Of a stretch of 64,000 nt of DNA, positions 36,101 to 50,196 are shown in pieces. The position numbers were made by a program, and so were the translations under genes. Every line of letters starts with the position of its first letter. The stretch's first letter is position 1. Source of the stretch: Gracilinanus agilis (Eukaryota); assembly GCF_016433145.1 (NCBI RefSeq), contig NC_058132.1, positions 466,087,952-466,151,951 of the forward strand. Reading direction: 5' to 3'. Under the pieces are notes generated by a model. It did no database searches, had not been told where the DNA came from, and saw nothing but the letters and a program-made list of their open reading frames with translations.

Positions 36101-36779
36101 GCTTAGAGAGAGATCAGCTCAGGATTGTTCAGGAAAAACACTGGTGAAATACACAAGCTGGGTTATTTTAAGTTGTCACATTCTCTTTTGATCATCTGTT
36201 TAAGCTTTTCCTGTGGATTTGGACTTATTAGAAGAATAGGGGAACCATATTTGACATGGAAATGTTAGCAGGTCTGAGCTAAGAAATTTGCATTTCTTTC
36301 TGAAGATGAAAGGAAATTCAAGGTATGAGGTCAGAGAAAGGGAAATTTGAGTAATCTTTAAAATTGTATAATAGGCAGAAAAGTCCTGTACAGGTTATTG
36401 CTTTGTCATTGTATCAAGTGAAATGCTCCAATGGATGCTTAAAAGAATATGTTACCTAAAGGATGACCAGAAAAGGAATTAAATATCACAGTGAAATTCT
36501 CTTCTAAATCGATCTGTAAAAAATAGGACTGTGAATATGTTCCTTGGTATTGAGTGGGTAAAGGATTAATTTACTTAAAGGTATAATTCATCCAATTCCA
36601 TACCAGGGAACAGTGCTTCCAACAGATAGATTTTTGATTCTATAAAGGGGCTACCATTTGCAGTGTACCCAGAACTACTCATATATTGAAGCCTGGGGGT
36701 GGTAGTAATTAGAGCTTTCATGAACTCTTTCTAAGAGCCTCAAAGATAGAGATAGACATATAATATACATACACATATA

Positions 36780-36935
36780 NNNNNNNNNNNNNNNNNNNNN
36801 NNNNNNNNNNNNNNNNNNNNNNNNNNNNNNNNNNNNNNNNNNNNNNNNNNNNNNNNNNNNNNNNNNNNNNNNNNNNNNNNNNNNNNNNNNNNNNNNNNNN
36901 NNNNNNNNNNNNNNNNNNNNNNNNNNNNNNNNNNN
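36780..36935. other. Assembly gap (156 N)
   Basis: Run of N. Confidence 1.
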
Positions 36936-37379
36936 TTCACTTAACACTATTAGGGCTCTTCATCATCCCAGAAGCTTTGCATCTAGTTAAAACTAGACAT
37001 GTTTTTCCTAGTACAGGGAATTCTTTGGTAAAGAAAGTGCCACCATTCTTCACTTTATTTCCTCATGAATTTTTCTCTATAAGTGCTATGTGTCTTCTTT
37101 CACAACATGATGAACATGTGGCTTGGTAAGTACTTTATTTAATTGCTGATTAGTATATTTCTATGCCCATTCCAGTTTTGAGGATGAAATAACAGATTTT
37201 TCTTCCTTATAATTCTAACTAATGAGTTAAAAATAATTATTGATAGCAATTCTCAATCTCTAAAGCTTTGGTGGGATCAACTGAGGGCAAGGGAATTATG
37301 TTTACTTACCTCTTTTTGGTGAAAAGTAAATCCATAGGGAATCCATAGATCCTACAATTCCCTTTTTATTTTCAGCTGC

Positions 37380-39580
37380 CTCATTTCACCTTTCTAATAC
37401 CTGTTAATAATTGTTGATAGTTCTCCACCTATCTTGAAAAAGCCTTCTGGAGTCCGGGTCTACTTCTTCCTCTATTATTTTCCTCTAAGCCCTCTGTGAT
37501 ATGGCTTTTGACCTCATCATTGAACTGGAACTGCTTTCTCTAGGTACCAAGTGATCTCTTAATTGCCAAATCTAATGGCTTTTTTTAAATCCACACGTTT
37601 TGTGACCTTTTGGCAGCATTTGACATGGTTGTTCACCTCCTCCCAGGTATTCCTGTATTTTACATTGTGCTCTCTCTGTCTTGCTCTCTGCTCTTTCTCT
37701 GTTTCTGTCTGTCTGTCTCCATGACTCTCTTATCCCTGGCTGTAAGGTTAATGAAGGAAGATTCTGAGGTCAAACCATTATTTCTAAGATTATTACTTCT
37801 GTCTACAATCAAAGAACACCCTTTTTAGCCTCCTTTGCCTGATCTTTTTTTTTTTTTTTAAACCCTTACCTTCCATCTTGGAGTCAATACTATGTATTGG
37901 TTCCAAGGCAGAAGAGTGGTAAGGGCCAGGCAATGGGGGTTAAGTGACTTGCCCAGGGTCACACAGCTAGGAAGTGTCTGAGGCCAGATTTGAACGTAGG
38001 ACCTCCCGTCTCTAGGCTTGGCTCTCAATCCACTGAGCCACCCAGCTGCTCCCTAAACATCAGAGTTAGGGTTTAAACTCAGATCCTCTCATTCCAGAGC
38101 TAGTGATTCTTTCACTCTACCAGATTGCTTCCCCTGATCTTTTTTTTAATGTCATGCGTACTAAATGTAAATATACCCCAAGGTTCTGTCTTTGACATTC
38201 TTTTTTTTTTCAATGTATACTTTTTCATTTAGTGAACTCAACAGTTCCTTTAAGTTCAATTACATTTCTTTGCGGATAACTTCCAGATCTTTAACTCCAA
38301 CTATAGTTTCTCTATAGAATTTCAATTGTCATTGTGTATTTCAAGCTGACTTCCCATAGTCATCTCAAAGTCAACATATTCAATACAGTTTATTATCTAT
38401 TGCACCCCAAATCCCCACTCCTTTTGTACTTCCCTATTATTTTTATAAGGTAACATAATCCTTTCTCTCACTTAGGTTCTTAGCCTCAGATTATCCTTGT
38501 CTTCTGACTATCATTCACTGTAGTGATCTAATCAGTTGCAACTTCTTATTGATTCTATCTTTCTACATCTCTCATATACTTTCCCTTATCTCCTTTCAAA
38601 TAGTTACAACTTTAGTTCAAGCCAGAATTACCTTTAGCCTGAAGTATTGTAATACCTTTTCTAACCTCAAATCTGCCCCCAATTCAATCCATCCTTCATA
38701 TTGTTGCTGAAGGAATTTTCCTGAAGTATAGGTCTGACCGTCAAGAAACTCAGTATTGAATTTGCCCAAAAAATTCCAATCACCATTGGGATAAAAAACA
38801 AAAACAAAAAAACCCCACTTATTAGTTATTTAAATCTTTTTTTTTATAGGTTTGCCTTTTCCTAATCCTAACCTATGGCCAAAAATTTGAATCTCAGATC
38901 TCACCCAACAGAAAATTTGTCAAAATCTCTAGTGTATTAGGCTGGGGATAGGGACATAGTCAAGGTATCCAGCTGTTCTAAATGCTGCTTTTCCCCATAT
39001 AAAGGCCTCTTCCTGAAGAAAATATGAAACTGCATGATGTCTCTTTTGAACCTGGAAGGTAGTCCTACAGCACTAAATAATTTCTACCAATGAGGAAAAT
39101 ATTATGCAAATAGCCTTTGGTTTATAGGTTAACTATTTTTCTAGGTCTTTTTTTTTTCTTTAAGCAAATTATTAACTTCTAGGTATTCTGTGATTTGATC
39201 ATACTGGACTGCTTCTAGCTCCTCAAAAATTACATTCCATTTCCCACCACCATTCTCTTATACTGGATGTCCTCACAGGAACAAAATTCTCTTTTTTCTC
39301 ACCTTTGCCTCTTAGAATACTTTGGTTGCTACACAACCCAGCTTAAATGTCACTTTGAACAGGAAACTTTTCCTGATCCCTCCAGCTACTAGTGCTTTTC
39401 CCTCCAAGGTTACTTTATGTCTCCTTTTTTTAAAATCTCTTTCTATACATGCTGTCTCTAGCAATAAAATATAAGCTTACTGAGGGTAGGAACAATTTTC
39501 TCTTGTCTTCATATCTCCAGCACTTGACACAGTGACTGACACATAGTAAGTGCTTAATAATTATTTCATGACTGACTGCT
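37380..39580 (+). mobile_element. Long fragmented L2 (RT through 3' tail) with SINE insertions
   Basis: LAAFDMVVHLLP (cf. LSAAFDTVDH) at 37610; tail catagtaagtgcttaataattatttcatgactgactg near 39570. Confidence 0.8.
37845..38053 (-). mobile_element. SINE1_Mdo-type SINE (long 3' variant)
   Basis: Poly-T followed by aaacccttaccttccatcttggagtcaatac...cccagctgctccc. Confidence 0.95.
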
Positions 39581-39648
39581 TACAACCGAAGAGTGTTGTT
39601 TCTTGTGATAGCCACAGAAGTCCATTACAGAAAAATCATTCTCTGGGC

Positions 39649-39861
39649 CAGAGTTGTCAAACACACAGCAGCCTGCAAAATTCCAGAGTACTGCGTCAAC
39701 CAGATTAAATGCAGTTAGGAAATATTTAAAAAAATAAATACAAATACAATTGAATATAGATAGTTTTTATGTGATTTTCTAAGTCAATGTACATACACTT
39801 CACAGGGATCCTAAGTAGGGTTTAGTGTTCTCCCCCTTTCTATTTGACTATGATACTCCTA
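39649..39861. mobile_element. hAT-type MITE
   Basis: cagagttgtcaaac start; cagggatcc...ctatttgactatgatactc end; TSD decayed. Confidence 0.6.
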
Positions 39862-39914
39862 CTTTAGCTCAGTTCCAGTTCATTATTGTCATATTCCAAC
39901 AGAGGTATAGGATT

Positions 39915-40490
39915 GTGAGTATGCTAGAACTAACTCTTACTTGTTCATAAGGAGCTTTTGTTAATTTTCAGTTGTGAGCATTTATATCTTGGCAACTGGT
40001 AAATACTACAAGTCGGGGCTTGGTGTCATTGTGACTGGATAGACTTAAGGAAATGATGGAGAAAATGTGCATATAGAGCAAACTTAAAACTAGGCAGCTA
40101 GGTGGCACAGTGATTAGTATTGGGTCTGGAGTCAAGAAGACCTGAGTTCAAATTTGAATTTTGACTAGTTACGTGACTCCACCTAAGACACTTAATCCTG
40201 TCAACCTCAATTTTTCATCAGTAAAGTGAACTGGAGAAGTAAATGTTAAACCATTTGTATAGTTCATTTGTTTGTCATTGCTTAATTTTCAGCATTGATT
40301 TGGGATTTTTTTGCCAAGAAAATCCCAAAAGGAGTCCCACAGAGTCAGACACAACTGAAAAACAAACAAACAAACAAACAAACAAACAAAATAACCACAG
40401 GCACCACCACCTTAAAACTGGGTTTTCTCTACATTTTTTTCCAGTAGGGTGTGTGTTTCGGGGGAGGTGTAGATGGATGTTAACCTAGCT
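39915..40490. mobile_element. MER63-like hAT element split by a MAR1-type SINE (40092-40410)
   Basis: Homologous to 7787-8300; SINE has 9-bp TSD cttaaaact (40083-40091, 40411-40419) and (AAAC)n tail. Confidence 0.7.
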
Positions 40491-43400
40491 GGGATAATGA
40501 ATCTAGAGATCAAAGAAATCAAAGCTCATCTAGCTCAGTCCCTCATTTTGCATAGGAAGGAAACAAGAAAGTTAAGATGCATTTATTAAGTGATTGCTGT
40601 GTGCTAGACACCATGGGATACTAAATTCTGGGGTGATAAAATGACTTCCTTTATTTTTACTCAGGAAATTAATTTCATAGGAGATACAATGACCCCTGCA
40701 AGGCTATGTAAGTATAAGTTCCAAAGCCAGGAGTCTTCTGCCCTCCTGAACACACAGTAATCATAGCTATTCCCATAATACCAACTAGCACTTTATCAAC
40801 CTTATTGCCAAGCCTGCCATTATAATTCCATCCCTTTGATTCCTGATACTTTTAGTCTTTGAGTTCCCAAATTAAATGTAAATATCTCCTGATGTAGTTA
40901 GCTTATATCATCTAAAGGCTTAGTTATCAAAACCAAAACAAAACACCTTAATAAAGATTAGCAGGAATGGAACACAGGATAAGTAGCCTGGCATTGGACT
41001 GCTTAGAAGACAAAATTCTTCTTCCAAATTTGGCCTGTGGTTGAACTCTCTCAGCATAAGAATCAGGCTTAATTTTTCTCTTTCTTTTTACCTCCATATC
41101 CATGAGGGGACAAGGAAATAATTATAGAGGTAAATGTTGTAGCAGTATCAATAATGAAGGAAACAACAGCCTTTTTTACAGGGTCAGTTTAAAAGAGGAT
41201 CTTACACATATACAGTTAAAAGTCTTCTGTGATTAGGAAGGATAGAAGCAGCAGTCATGAATGATGATTGGTTTTGTTTTGGTTTAATCTTTATGGGTGG
41301 CATCAAATTCTTAGAAATAAAGGTTTACCCCTGTGTCTTCCTTCATCAGCCTTATAGCCAGGGGTGCTCAGCTCAACTCAGCATGAGGGTATGGAGCTCA
41401 TGGAGCTTGACAAGCGTGGATACATCTGCAAGCAGTTTCTCCCCTGGGGATGGTACATAATGGAAGACCTGGTTACCAGAGATGAAAATTTAAAAATGAA
41501 AAACAAATTGAGCCCTGGTCCTTCTTCAGCAGCAGAGTGTGAGCAGGAAAAAGGGAGTTTAAGCTCTCTCAAAATATATCAAAGAACTGGGAATTTTTGG
41601 AAATTCAAGTTTCCTCCCCATGATAGAGACTAGGGTCTGTCTCCCTTACCCCCCATCATCCCCCCAAAATATTAGTTTTTCTAGAGACAACAAAGATGTT
41701 CCCCAGACCTGATTGGCTCCTGCCTCCTTTGTTGAAGCTTCTTCTTTATCTCAGAGCATAAAAAATAAAATCCCACCAATGTGGAGTCAGTCAGTCCCTA
41801 CTATGACTTGAGAGTAGATGCCTGAAGAGCACTGCCTTGTTTCCATATGGACATGGTAGGGACAAAGCTTAAAAAGCCAAGGGCCATTGTATCCTAGTTG
41901 CATATCCCTGCTTTGTTAGGCCTAAGTAGGCTTCCTTTTATTAATCGTTCATTGATTTCTAAGTAGCTTGTTCTGTCCCCAAAAATCAATTCTGAAGTCA
42001 AAGGATGCTGCTCTCAAGGTCTGCCTGTAGTACCCACCCTCGAGTGCATGCATCTTCTATGCCTTTATTCAATTTATATAAGTGCCTAGGAACACAGGTC
42101 CAAATGGCAATCCAGAGCACTGTTATCCACCCACAGTAGTCTCACTATAATATTAGTGTCCATATCCTGGTCACTCTGGTATTTGTGTGAAGGCACCCTG
42201 ATTGAGGTGTTTCCCCTTTCCCCTAAGTGAGTTATTACAAAAGAACACTGAACACCTGGCACCTTGCCCAATCAGTCTTGTTATTACAAGACTCTCCTCT
42301 CTATTTTCATAGCATTTTGACATGTGAACTACTAAATAAAATTAAAAAGAAAAACAGGAAAAATAGCATCTCTCTTTACCTTAGAAGTCTCAGGTCTTTC
42401 CTAACTAAAAATATTTTTCTACATGCCACTGTGCAGCATCCTTTCCTATTTGGCTTCTCTCAAAAATGAAATATCTTTTCATTCAAAATTCTCCTAACAG
42501 ACTCTGTAGTACATAAAAGCAACATAAATAACAAAACCATCCCTAGCTAAATTATCACATGTAATTACGGACACTGAGACACCAAGCAAAGTCATCAGTC
42601 CTAAGCTACAAATAAGCAGTGTTCTCCATTACATAGCATGCTTTGGACTCTAAGACTTAATTATGATCATTTAACACAGTGAGCAAAGTAGATATCACCC
42701 TGTTATCTTCAGCTGCTCCTGATTTAACAAACTGTAATACAGCTCACAGAGCAGCAGAGCAACGTCTGATTAAGATTTTCAAAAAATTCTTGAATCTTGT
42801 AAGATGTGGGAGCCCATAATCCATTCTCAGTATTTTAAGGTGCAACCATTTAAACTATTTTTAGCTGAGATAAATTCCTGCTGTCAGTGTTAAAGCAAAG
42901 AGCTATAATCTCATGACAAAGTACTCTGGCCTCATTAAAGAAAATCTCTCACCCTGCTCTCAAAATTTCATTCTTTTAAGGGTAGGTGCTGCATGCTAAT
43001 AATACAGTTTGGGATTTGCTGTTTTCCTTCAATATTGGACTGCAGATTTCCCCTCTTCCTCAAAATGATAGTGGATAGATTGAATTATGCTGTTTTTCTA
43101 GGGAGTCTGGAATTTAATACACATAGATTTTTTTTTTTTACTAGACCTGTGATTTCATAGAGAATTCCCGATAAGGACCTGGTGCCTGCCCAGCAATTTG
43201 TCATCTTAGAAAATTGCCTACAGCATGGAGAAGAAAGGAGATCAAGTGAATTGTCCAGTCACACAGCTGTATCTGAAGTGAAACTTGAACTCAGATCTTC
43301 AAGACTTTGAGAACAGCCCTCTATTGACTACTCCGCTCTGCCTTTCTCCTTCATCCTTTCCATTGTCTTTTTCATCTTTTTCTCATTATTATCTTCTCTT

Positions 43401-43879
43401 CACTAGTGTTCTCATCTAATAAGGAGTCAAACTGTGAAGTCTTTCTAATTTGTTATTTTGGGCTGAAACAGCACTTTATGCTTTTACCAGGCATCTTTTT
43501 AGATGCCTTTATACACATGACTGATTTTAAAATTTGTATTATTACCACCAGCTTTTGCTGCTAAATCCTACAAATACCTACAATATTTAAATGTGAGTGT
43601 CATCTCCCCAAAGTAATGCCTCAGTAGGCATCCTTTAGTCAATAAGCTCCCTAAGAAGAGAATGGGAGAACTTAATTTGCTGGGTTTAGTACCTAATCAA
43701 AGTGATTAGAATTTGAATTGAATCTGGTCTCTGGGGAGTGGAGTGGAGTTTATTCACCCTTTGTGAATAGCTATTTTCTCTTCTAAGGACAAAAAAGCTA
43801 GGATACTGAATATCTTTTGGTTCTCATCTGGACTGCAGGCAATATTCTTAGCAAATGAGTAGAAAAACCTTAATCAGGT

Positions 43880-44270
43880 ACTTGAATCAATCAATCAATA
43901 AGCATTTATTAAACCTTAAAAATCTTACTATATTTCTAACACTGTGATGGAGATAAAAAGAAAGGAAAAAAAACAATCCTTGCTCTCAAGGAGCTCACAT
44001 TCTAAGGAGGAGGAAATACAAAAACAATTTCATGTTTATACAGAGTAATCTCAAAGGGAAGGCAGCTGAGGGGAGTGGGAAAGGTTTACTGCAAAAGGTA
44101 AGATTTTAGCTGAGTATTAAAAAAAGGATGAGAAGCCAGAAGATATACAGGAGGACCGAGAGTGTTACAGGCATGAAGCAAGTGCACAAGAGACAATTTG
44201 GAGATAGTGTTGTGTGTAAAAAATAGCAAGAAAGTCAATGTAAGGAATAGGAAGAAGGATCATGGTAATT
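43880..44270 (-). mobile_element. L2 3' fragment
   Basis: aatcaatcaatcaataagcatttatt tail; tccttgctctcaaggagctcacattct. Confidence 0.85.
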
Positions 44271-44297
44271 TAAAAACAAGTTTAAGAACCTCAGATT

Positions 44298-44500
44298 GGA
44301 GCAGCTAGGTGGCTCAGTGGATTGAGAGCCAGGCCTAGAGATGGGAGGTCCTAGGTTCAAATCTGGCCTCAGACATTTCCTAGCTGTGTGACCCTGGGCA
44401 AGTCACTTAACCTCCATTGCCTCGCCCTTACCATTCTTCTGCCTTGGAACCAATACCAAGTATTAATTCTAAGATGGAAGGTAAAGGTTTTTAAAAAAAA
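44298..44500 (+). mobile_element. SINE1_Mdo-type SINE (long variant, more diverged)
   Basis: ggagcagctaggtggctcagtggattgagagcc head; A tail; degenerate TSD aagaa(c/t)ctca. Confidence 0.9.
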
Positions 44501-44567
44501 AGAATCTCAAAATAAATTCCTTACAAAATGATATTTGCTTCCCAAAGAGGATGAGTTGTCCATCTCA

Positions 44568-44812
44568 CGGGCAGTGAGATGGCAGAATAGATAGAATGTC
44601 AAGTCTGGAATCAGGAAGACATCTTCCTGAGTTTAAATCCAACCTCAGATTCTTTCTAGCTGTGTCACTTAGCAAGTCACTTAACCCTGATTACCTCAAT
44701 TTCCTCATCTGTAAAAATGAGCTGGAGAAGGAAATGGCGACCCACTCCAGGACCTTTCCCAAGAAAATCTTAAATGGGGTCAGAGTTGGACACAACTGAT
44801 ATGACCCAAAAA
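44568..44812 (+). mobile_element. MAR1-type SINE
   Basis: gagctggagaaggaaatggcgacccactccagg...ggggtcagagttggacacaactga. Confidence 0.85.
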
Positions 44813-45439
44813 TAATGTGCATCTCATACAACTATAAAATATTGTGAGGGAGATTGAAACCTCCATGGGATGAGTTCCTTAGAGGAAAACAGGAAATAAG
44901 TCTGGGATCATTGTTTCTAGAATTCAGTGGAACTAGCTGCACTTTCCTTTTGATAAATGATTCAAACGTAAAAAGAGGAAGGTTCATAGTTAAACTCCTT
45001 TACATACAGAACATGGTTTGACTGATAAATATTCAACTTACACTTAAATTTTGAAAAGTGCTTTTATCACAAAGTAAGATAAGCTTTCAAGGGACAGAAA
45101 ATCAGCTTCTGTGTGTACCTGACTGTCTTCTGATATTTTTAATATCTAACCCTTGTTTAGGGAACTAGACTTTCTCCATGAAGCAATGATGTTTTCTCAA
45201 TACTGATAGCTGTCAGTGACCTACTTTCAGTAAAAAGAACTACCAACAATGAAATTCATACTTGTTATTTAGGAAAGGATGTTTAAAGTGAACTGATAGA
45301 GCTATCTTCAAAGAGATTTTGTGAAGCAATGAAAATGTTACCTTTCCATAGTGGACTGACTTTTCCATGCCATTTTTTGTGATAACATCAGAAAGCTGAA
45401 CGGAAAAAAGTATGATTAGAATTCTCCTTTACTCCTTCA

Positions 45440-46700
45440 TCCTTAGAGTATTACATATACACAAGGCTGGGCCTATTTAGATATTCCCCAAGGCTTTGTC
45501 CTGGGCACCTTTTCTTTCTCTCGCTAAAATTATATCATTTCCCATAGATGTAATTACCATTTCTATGCCAATGGCTCCAAATCATCAACTGCCTATTGGA
45601 TATCTCTAATTGGATTTTCCAGACATCTAAAATTTAACATGGCCAAAATAGAATTTATTATCTTTCTTTCCAAATCCATCTCTCTTCTAATTTTTCCCAT
45701 TTCTGCCTGTGGCATCCCTATCTTCCCCCACACCTAGATTCATAATTTTGGCATTACAGTGAACTCCTGACTCTCTCTTGCCCCACACATACAATCTGTT
45801 GCCAAATCTTATCTATTCTTTACAATTGCCCAAGCATCTCCATATATGGTCTAATCTCTCTACTTGTGGAACTATAAAATTTAGTTTAGGTCCTCATTAT
45901 CTCTAACCTTCCTGCCTCTTTCTGACTCTCAGTCCATTCTCCACACTGTAGCCAAAATTATTTTCCTTAAATAGAGATCTGGTTATTTCTCTTTCCTACT
46001 CAATAAACTCTGGTGGCTCTCTATTGCCTCTCCCATCAAAGGTAAGCCCTATTTAGTCTTTAAAGGTCCTCACCACATGGTCTCAATCTATTTTCCTAGC
46101 CTTATGGTATACTACTCTGCCTCTCACAATCTGAGCTTCAAAGCCCTACTGGCTTTCTCTATCTTCCTGACACATACTCCTTCATTCCCTTACCTTTCAT
46201 CTTCTTGCCTCTGCACTGGTTGTCTTCTATGCCTTCAACTCACTCCCTCTGTTACATAATTTAAAAAAATTAATATAGTTTTCTTTTCCAGATTACATGT
46301 AGAAAATAATTTTTAATAATAGTTTTCTGACATTTTCTGATCCATGTTCTTTCCCTCTCCCTCTCCTTCCCCTTACCTGAGATGGCAAGGAATATAATAT
46401 AGGTTATACATTATTCACAGGATTCTTCTCTTCAAGATTCAGCCAAATTTTTTTAACATGAAGCCTTTTGTGATCCTTCTCACCTGTTAATCTCCCCCTT
46501 TTCAAACTACCTTATATTTAAGTATTTTTTGTTCATTCTCTTAATATTTATTTATTTATCTATGTATTTGTTATTTTCCCCATTAGAATGTAAGTTTGTC
46601 TCCAGTAAGGATTGTTTCCTCTACTGAATTTGTTAATCTGGCTCTTAACACAGTGCTTGGCATACAGTAGATATTTAATAAATACTTATTGATTGAGTAC
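45440..46700 (+). mobile_element. L2 3' half with an antisense L1 3'-end fragment inside (~46260-46410)
   Basis: Pyrimidine-rich L2 body; tail cttaacacagtgcttggcatacagtagatatttaataaatacttattgattga. Confidence 0.8.
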
Positions 46701-48491
46701 ATCATCAGATTTAGAAGACTTTCTTTTCTAGATTATTGTGGCCTTTAAAATCTTTCAGTCTAAGAGTTGGAAGGAACCTCAAAAGTCATGTAGTTTAACC
46801 AACCACAGGCAGGAACATCAATTCAAGTTATGGAAATAAATATTAAGTTCCCTCTATGTGCCAGACACTTTGCTAGGTGCTGAAGAGAGAAACATTGCCA
46901 GTTCCTATATTCAATGAATTTATGTTCTACTGGGTATCACAGTTTGTATACAGACAAATATTTGGTAAACTGAGAAAACCTTGAGGGGTAAAGTGACTTT
47001 CTCAAGGTTATACAACTAGTGGTAAAACCTGTATGCAGGTCTTATCACTTCCAGTGTAGTATTCCACCCCCTCCACAAAACAGAGTTTTGGACTCAGCCA
47101 AGAACACCTGAGTTAACATGCCATTTACAAGATGTGTGAATGAGCATGTCAATTAGCCCCTCTCAGCCTCAATTTCCTCACGTATGAATTAGAGATAATA
47201 ATAATATGTATTTCACAGAATTGTTGTGGTCAGATGAGACATGCTTCCCAAACCCTAAAGTGCCACAGAAGTGCTACCTATTATTATTATTATGACTTCT
47301 ATTTTTGCTTAGGAACAGCTATGAGTATTGAAATCAAAATGGTGCTACTATTTATTCTATATTGATGGAATCTCATTGAGGGAATATCAGACTAACCAGG
47401 CCTGAAATGGTATTTTGCCCTCTATATATTGCACATCTGTGGTCCAATCAGTTTATATTAGTATTAAACTTTCAGAAATAGAAGAGGTTACTGGCAACAA
47501 TCATATCTTTATCATTAAAAGACTTCAATATTGTAACTGTGGTGGAATTGTTGTAATGAATTTAACACTAAGAAGGGATGAAATCATAATCATCCTAAGC
47601 AACAAAGCATGGATTAGGGTCCTTGCTAATAGATAGAAGATGAGTCCTTGGATTCATAAGACAAAAGATCGAGATACCTGCTGACTAGAAGAATGAATAA
47701 CAAAAAATTGAAGAGCCCTAAAAATGTTTAGCAATATATAGAATATGTCCAAAGGACACCAGAAAAACTAGGTGAAGATTAAAAAAAAGAAATCTATATA
47801 TTTTCTCTATAAGATACCAAGTAAATTTTGTGAGAGCCTAAAAAAATATTATATAGTTATATTTTGATATAGTTTTCATTTTAAATACCTTATCTCATTG
47901 GACCCTCATAACAACTTTATTAGATAGGTAACATTTAATTTTTTAAATAATATTAGAAATATGAAAACTTGCCAAGGTGTAAATTATTGAGTAAGTTTTG
48001 GAAATATTGGAAACAGGATTTGAAACTAAGTTTTCCTGACTCTATGTCCAGAACTCTATCTACTAAATTCTTTTACTACTCTATATACACTTTACAATTT
48101 ATCTAATAGGGATTTATGATGCTACTGCTAGAACCTTAATCATTTCTAAATTATTTTGGAGGTGACAAAAGTCATAGGAAATATATTCCAGATATTTATG
48201 TTTAGTAGCATATTAATCAGAATTTTCATAGTGATATTTTACATCTCATATCATACCAGTGAGAGAGGTTTTAAAATTTTGCTATGGCAATGATTGGTCA
48301 CCAATTACATGTAAACTACATAATTGATTCTCTTCCAAAAATAATATTGTGCTAACTCATCTGAGTCATGGTGACCTGATAAAATTAATGTGCCAACCAG
48401 AGGCTGCCAATTTTTTTCCAATGACCTTTCAAATAATAAATGTGAAGAGAAATTCTTTGAGATAAATTCTTGACCTTATAAAAGTGAAAAG

Positions 48492-48503
48492 TCTCTCTCT
48501 CTC

Positions 48504-48580
<77 letters not shown>
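48492..48580. repeat. (CT)n(GT)n compound microsatellite
   Basis: Directly visible. Confidence 0.95.
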
Positions 48581-48583
<3 letters not shown>

Positions 48584-48639
48584 GTGATCAAATTTTACTG
48601 TCTGAATATATAGCCTATACATTGGAACCTCCCTAAACA

Positions 48640-49320
48640 GGTATTCTGGGGTGCACAAAAGTAAGGAAGGTTGCTAATTTCAGAGGCAGAGGAAGTGATT
48701 TCAAACTCTGATCCTGCCACTTACTACCTTTATGGATATTATTGTCAAGGGCACCACTATCCTCCCATTCCCCCAGGTTTTCTTGAATACTCATTCTCTT
48801 TATCCCACAAATCCAATCCATTGTCAAATATTGTCATTAACTCATTATTTTCTTTGTTATATACCTCCTCATTATTCACATCACTACCACCCTAGCTTAG
48901 GTCCTTTTCACTTCTTGACAGAACTATTTCATTATACTTCTAATTGTTGTATCTACCTCATGTCTCTCCCTATTTTGATTTATTCTCCACTTAAAAACAA
49001 AAATCACTTTCCAAAATTTTCTTCCACAAAAATTCCTTGCCTGAGTCTTTTATAACCTTTGGGGCAATGTTAAATAATATAGGAAGTTTTCCACTGTTAC
49101 ACACAAAAAAAGACTCATACTTCGGTCTAAACTCCTCATTTTTACATTTCTTAGAAATGAGGATAGTTCCAGAGTGCTGAATGTCTCAGGTACCAGTTTT
49201 ATACTCAGTAGAATGTAGGCACCTTTTGAGGTATGGACAATTAATAGTTTTATCTTTGAATCCTTAAAGAATACTTTGGTTTTTCGCATACAGAAGATGC
49301 TTAATAAATTTGTTATTGGA
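48640..49320 (+). mobile_element. L2 fragment
   Basis: ccaatccattgtcaaatattgtc...cttaataaatttgttattgga tail. Confidence 0.7.
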
Positions 49321-50196
49321 TTAGAGTTTATAGTGTGGTTTCAAGAGCTAAAGGAAAAATGGAGATCATTTTTTTCAAATACAATTCAAACAATCTATAT
49401 TAAGCATTAAATATTTAAAAATCTATTCCTTTATGCCAAATGACAATATGATCTTAAAAATATTAAAGATAAAGGAAGAGCCCTGCTGATATGCAGTTGA
49501 TGGACTATGTGATATGATTTATGGTATGTTGTGAAGTTTCTGTTTCCCCACAGTATCTCCCCTAGCAATATGTCACACTGCCTGAAACCTCATTATTAAA
49601 GATTTAGTCAATCATTATAGCATCACAAAATATTTGTTTTAGAAAGGACCTTAAAATATACACTATCCCCAGGAGGTGTAGTGGCTTGCCTAAGGTTGGC
49701 TAGCCAATTAGTGCCAAGATATAATGGTGGCTCATCTAATGTTTAAAGTGTCTAGTAGGTGTAAGATTCTGCTATCCATGCATTTTAGGTAATAACTTCC
49801 CCTACATTGGAGGGGTCCAAACAGACATCCTTGACATTATAATTAGTATCCTTATGCTGACAAGCCTAATTCTATAGTCATTCCCCTGTAACTGATGAAA
49901 ATATTCAACAATGCTTATCTTTTTATAGAAGAAAAGAATCAAAGAAACAGAACACGTCCAGGAGGCTTTGTTTTCAAAATAGTTACACTATAGGTTAAGT
50001 TATTTTAAGTCAGGTTAATACACACATCATTTAATCAACCAGGCAGCAATTAAGGAAGAAAACTAGACTTTCCCATTTTACATATTTCTCCCAAACAGAA
50101 ACAAATGAGATTTACATATTTTATTACAGTTTCTCCTCATAACAACTCTGAGTAGTATGTGATATAATTATCCCCATTTTACAGATCAAGAAATTG

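Noticed and set aside
36675-36947. ORFs containing X runs
   Set aside because: Artefacts of the N gap
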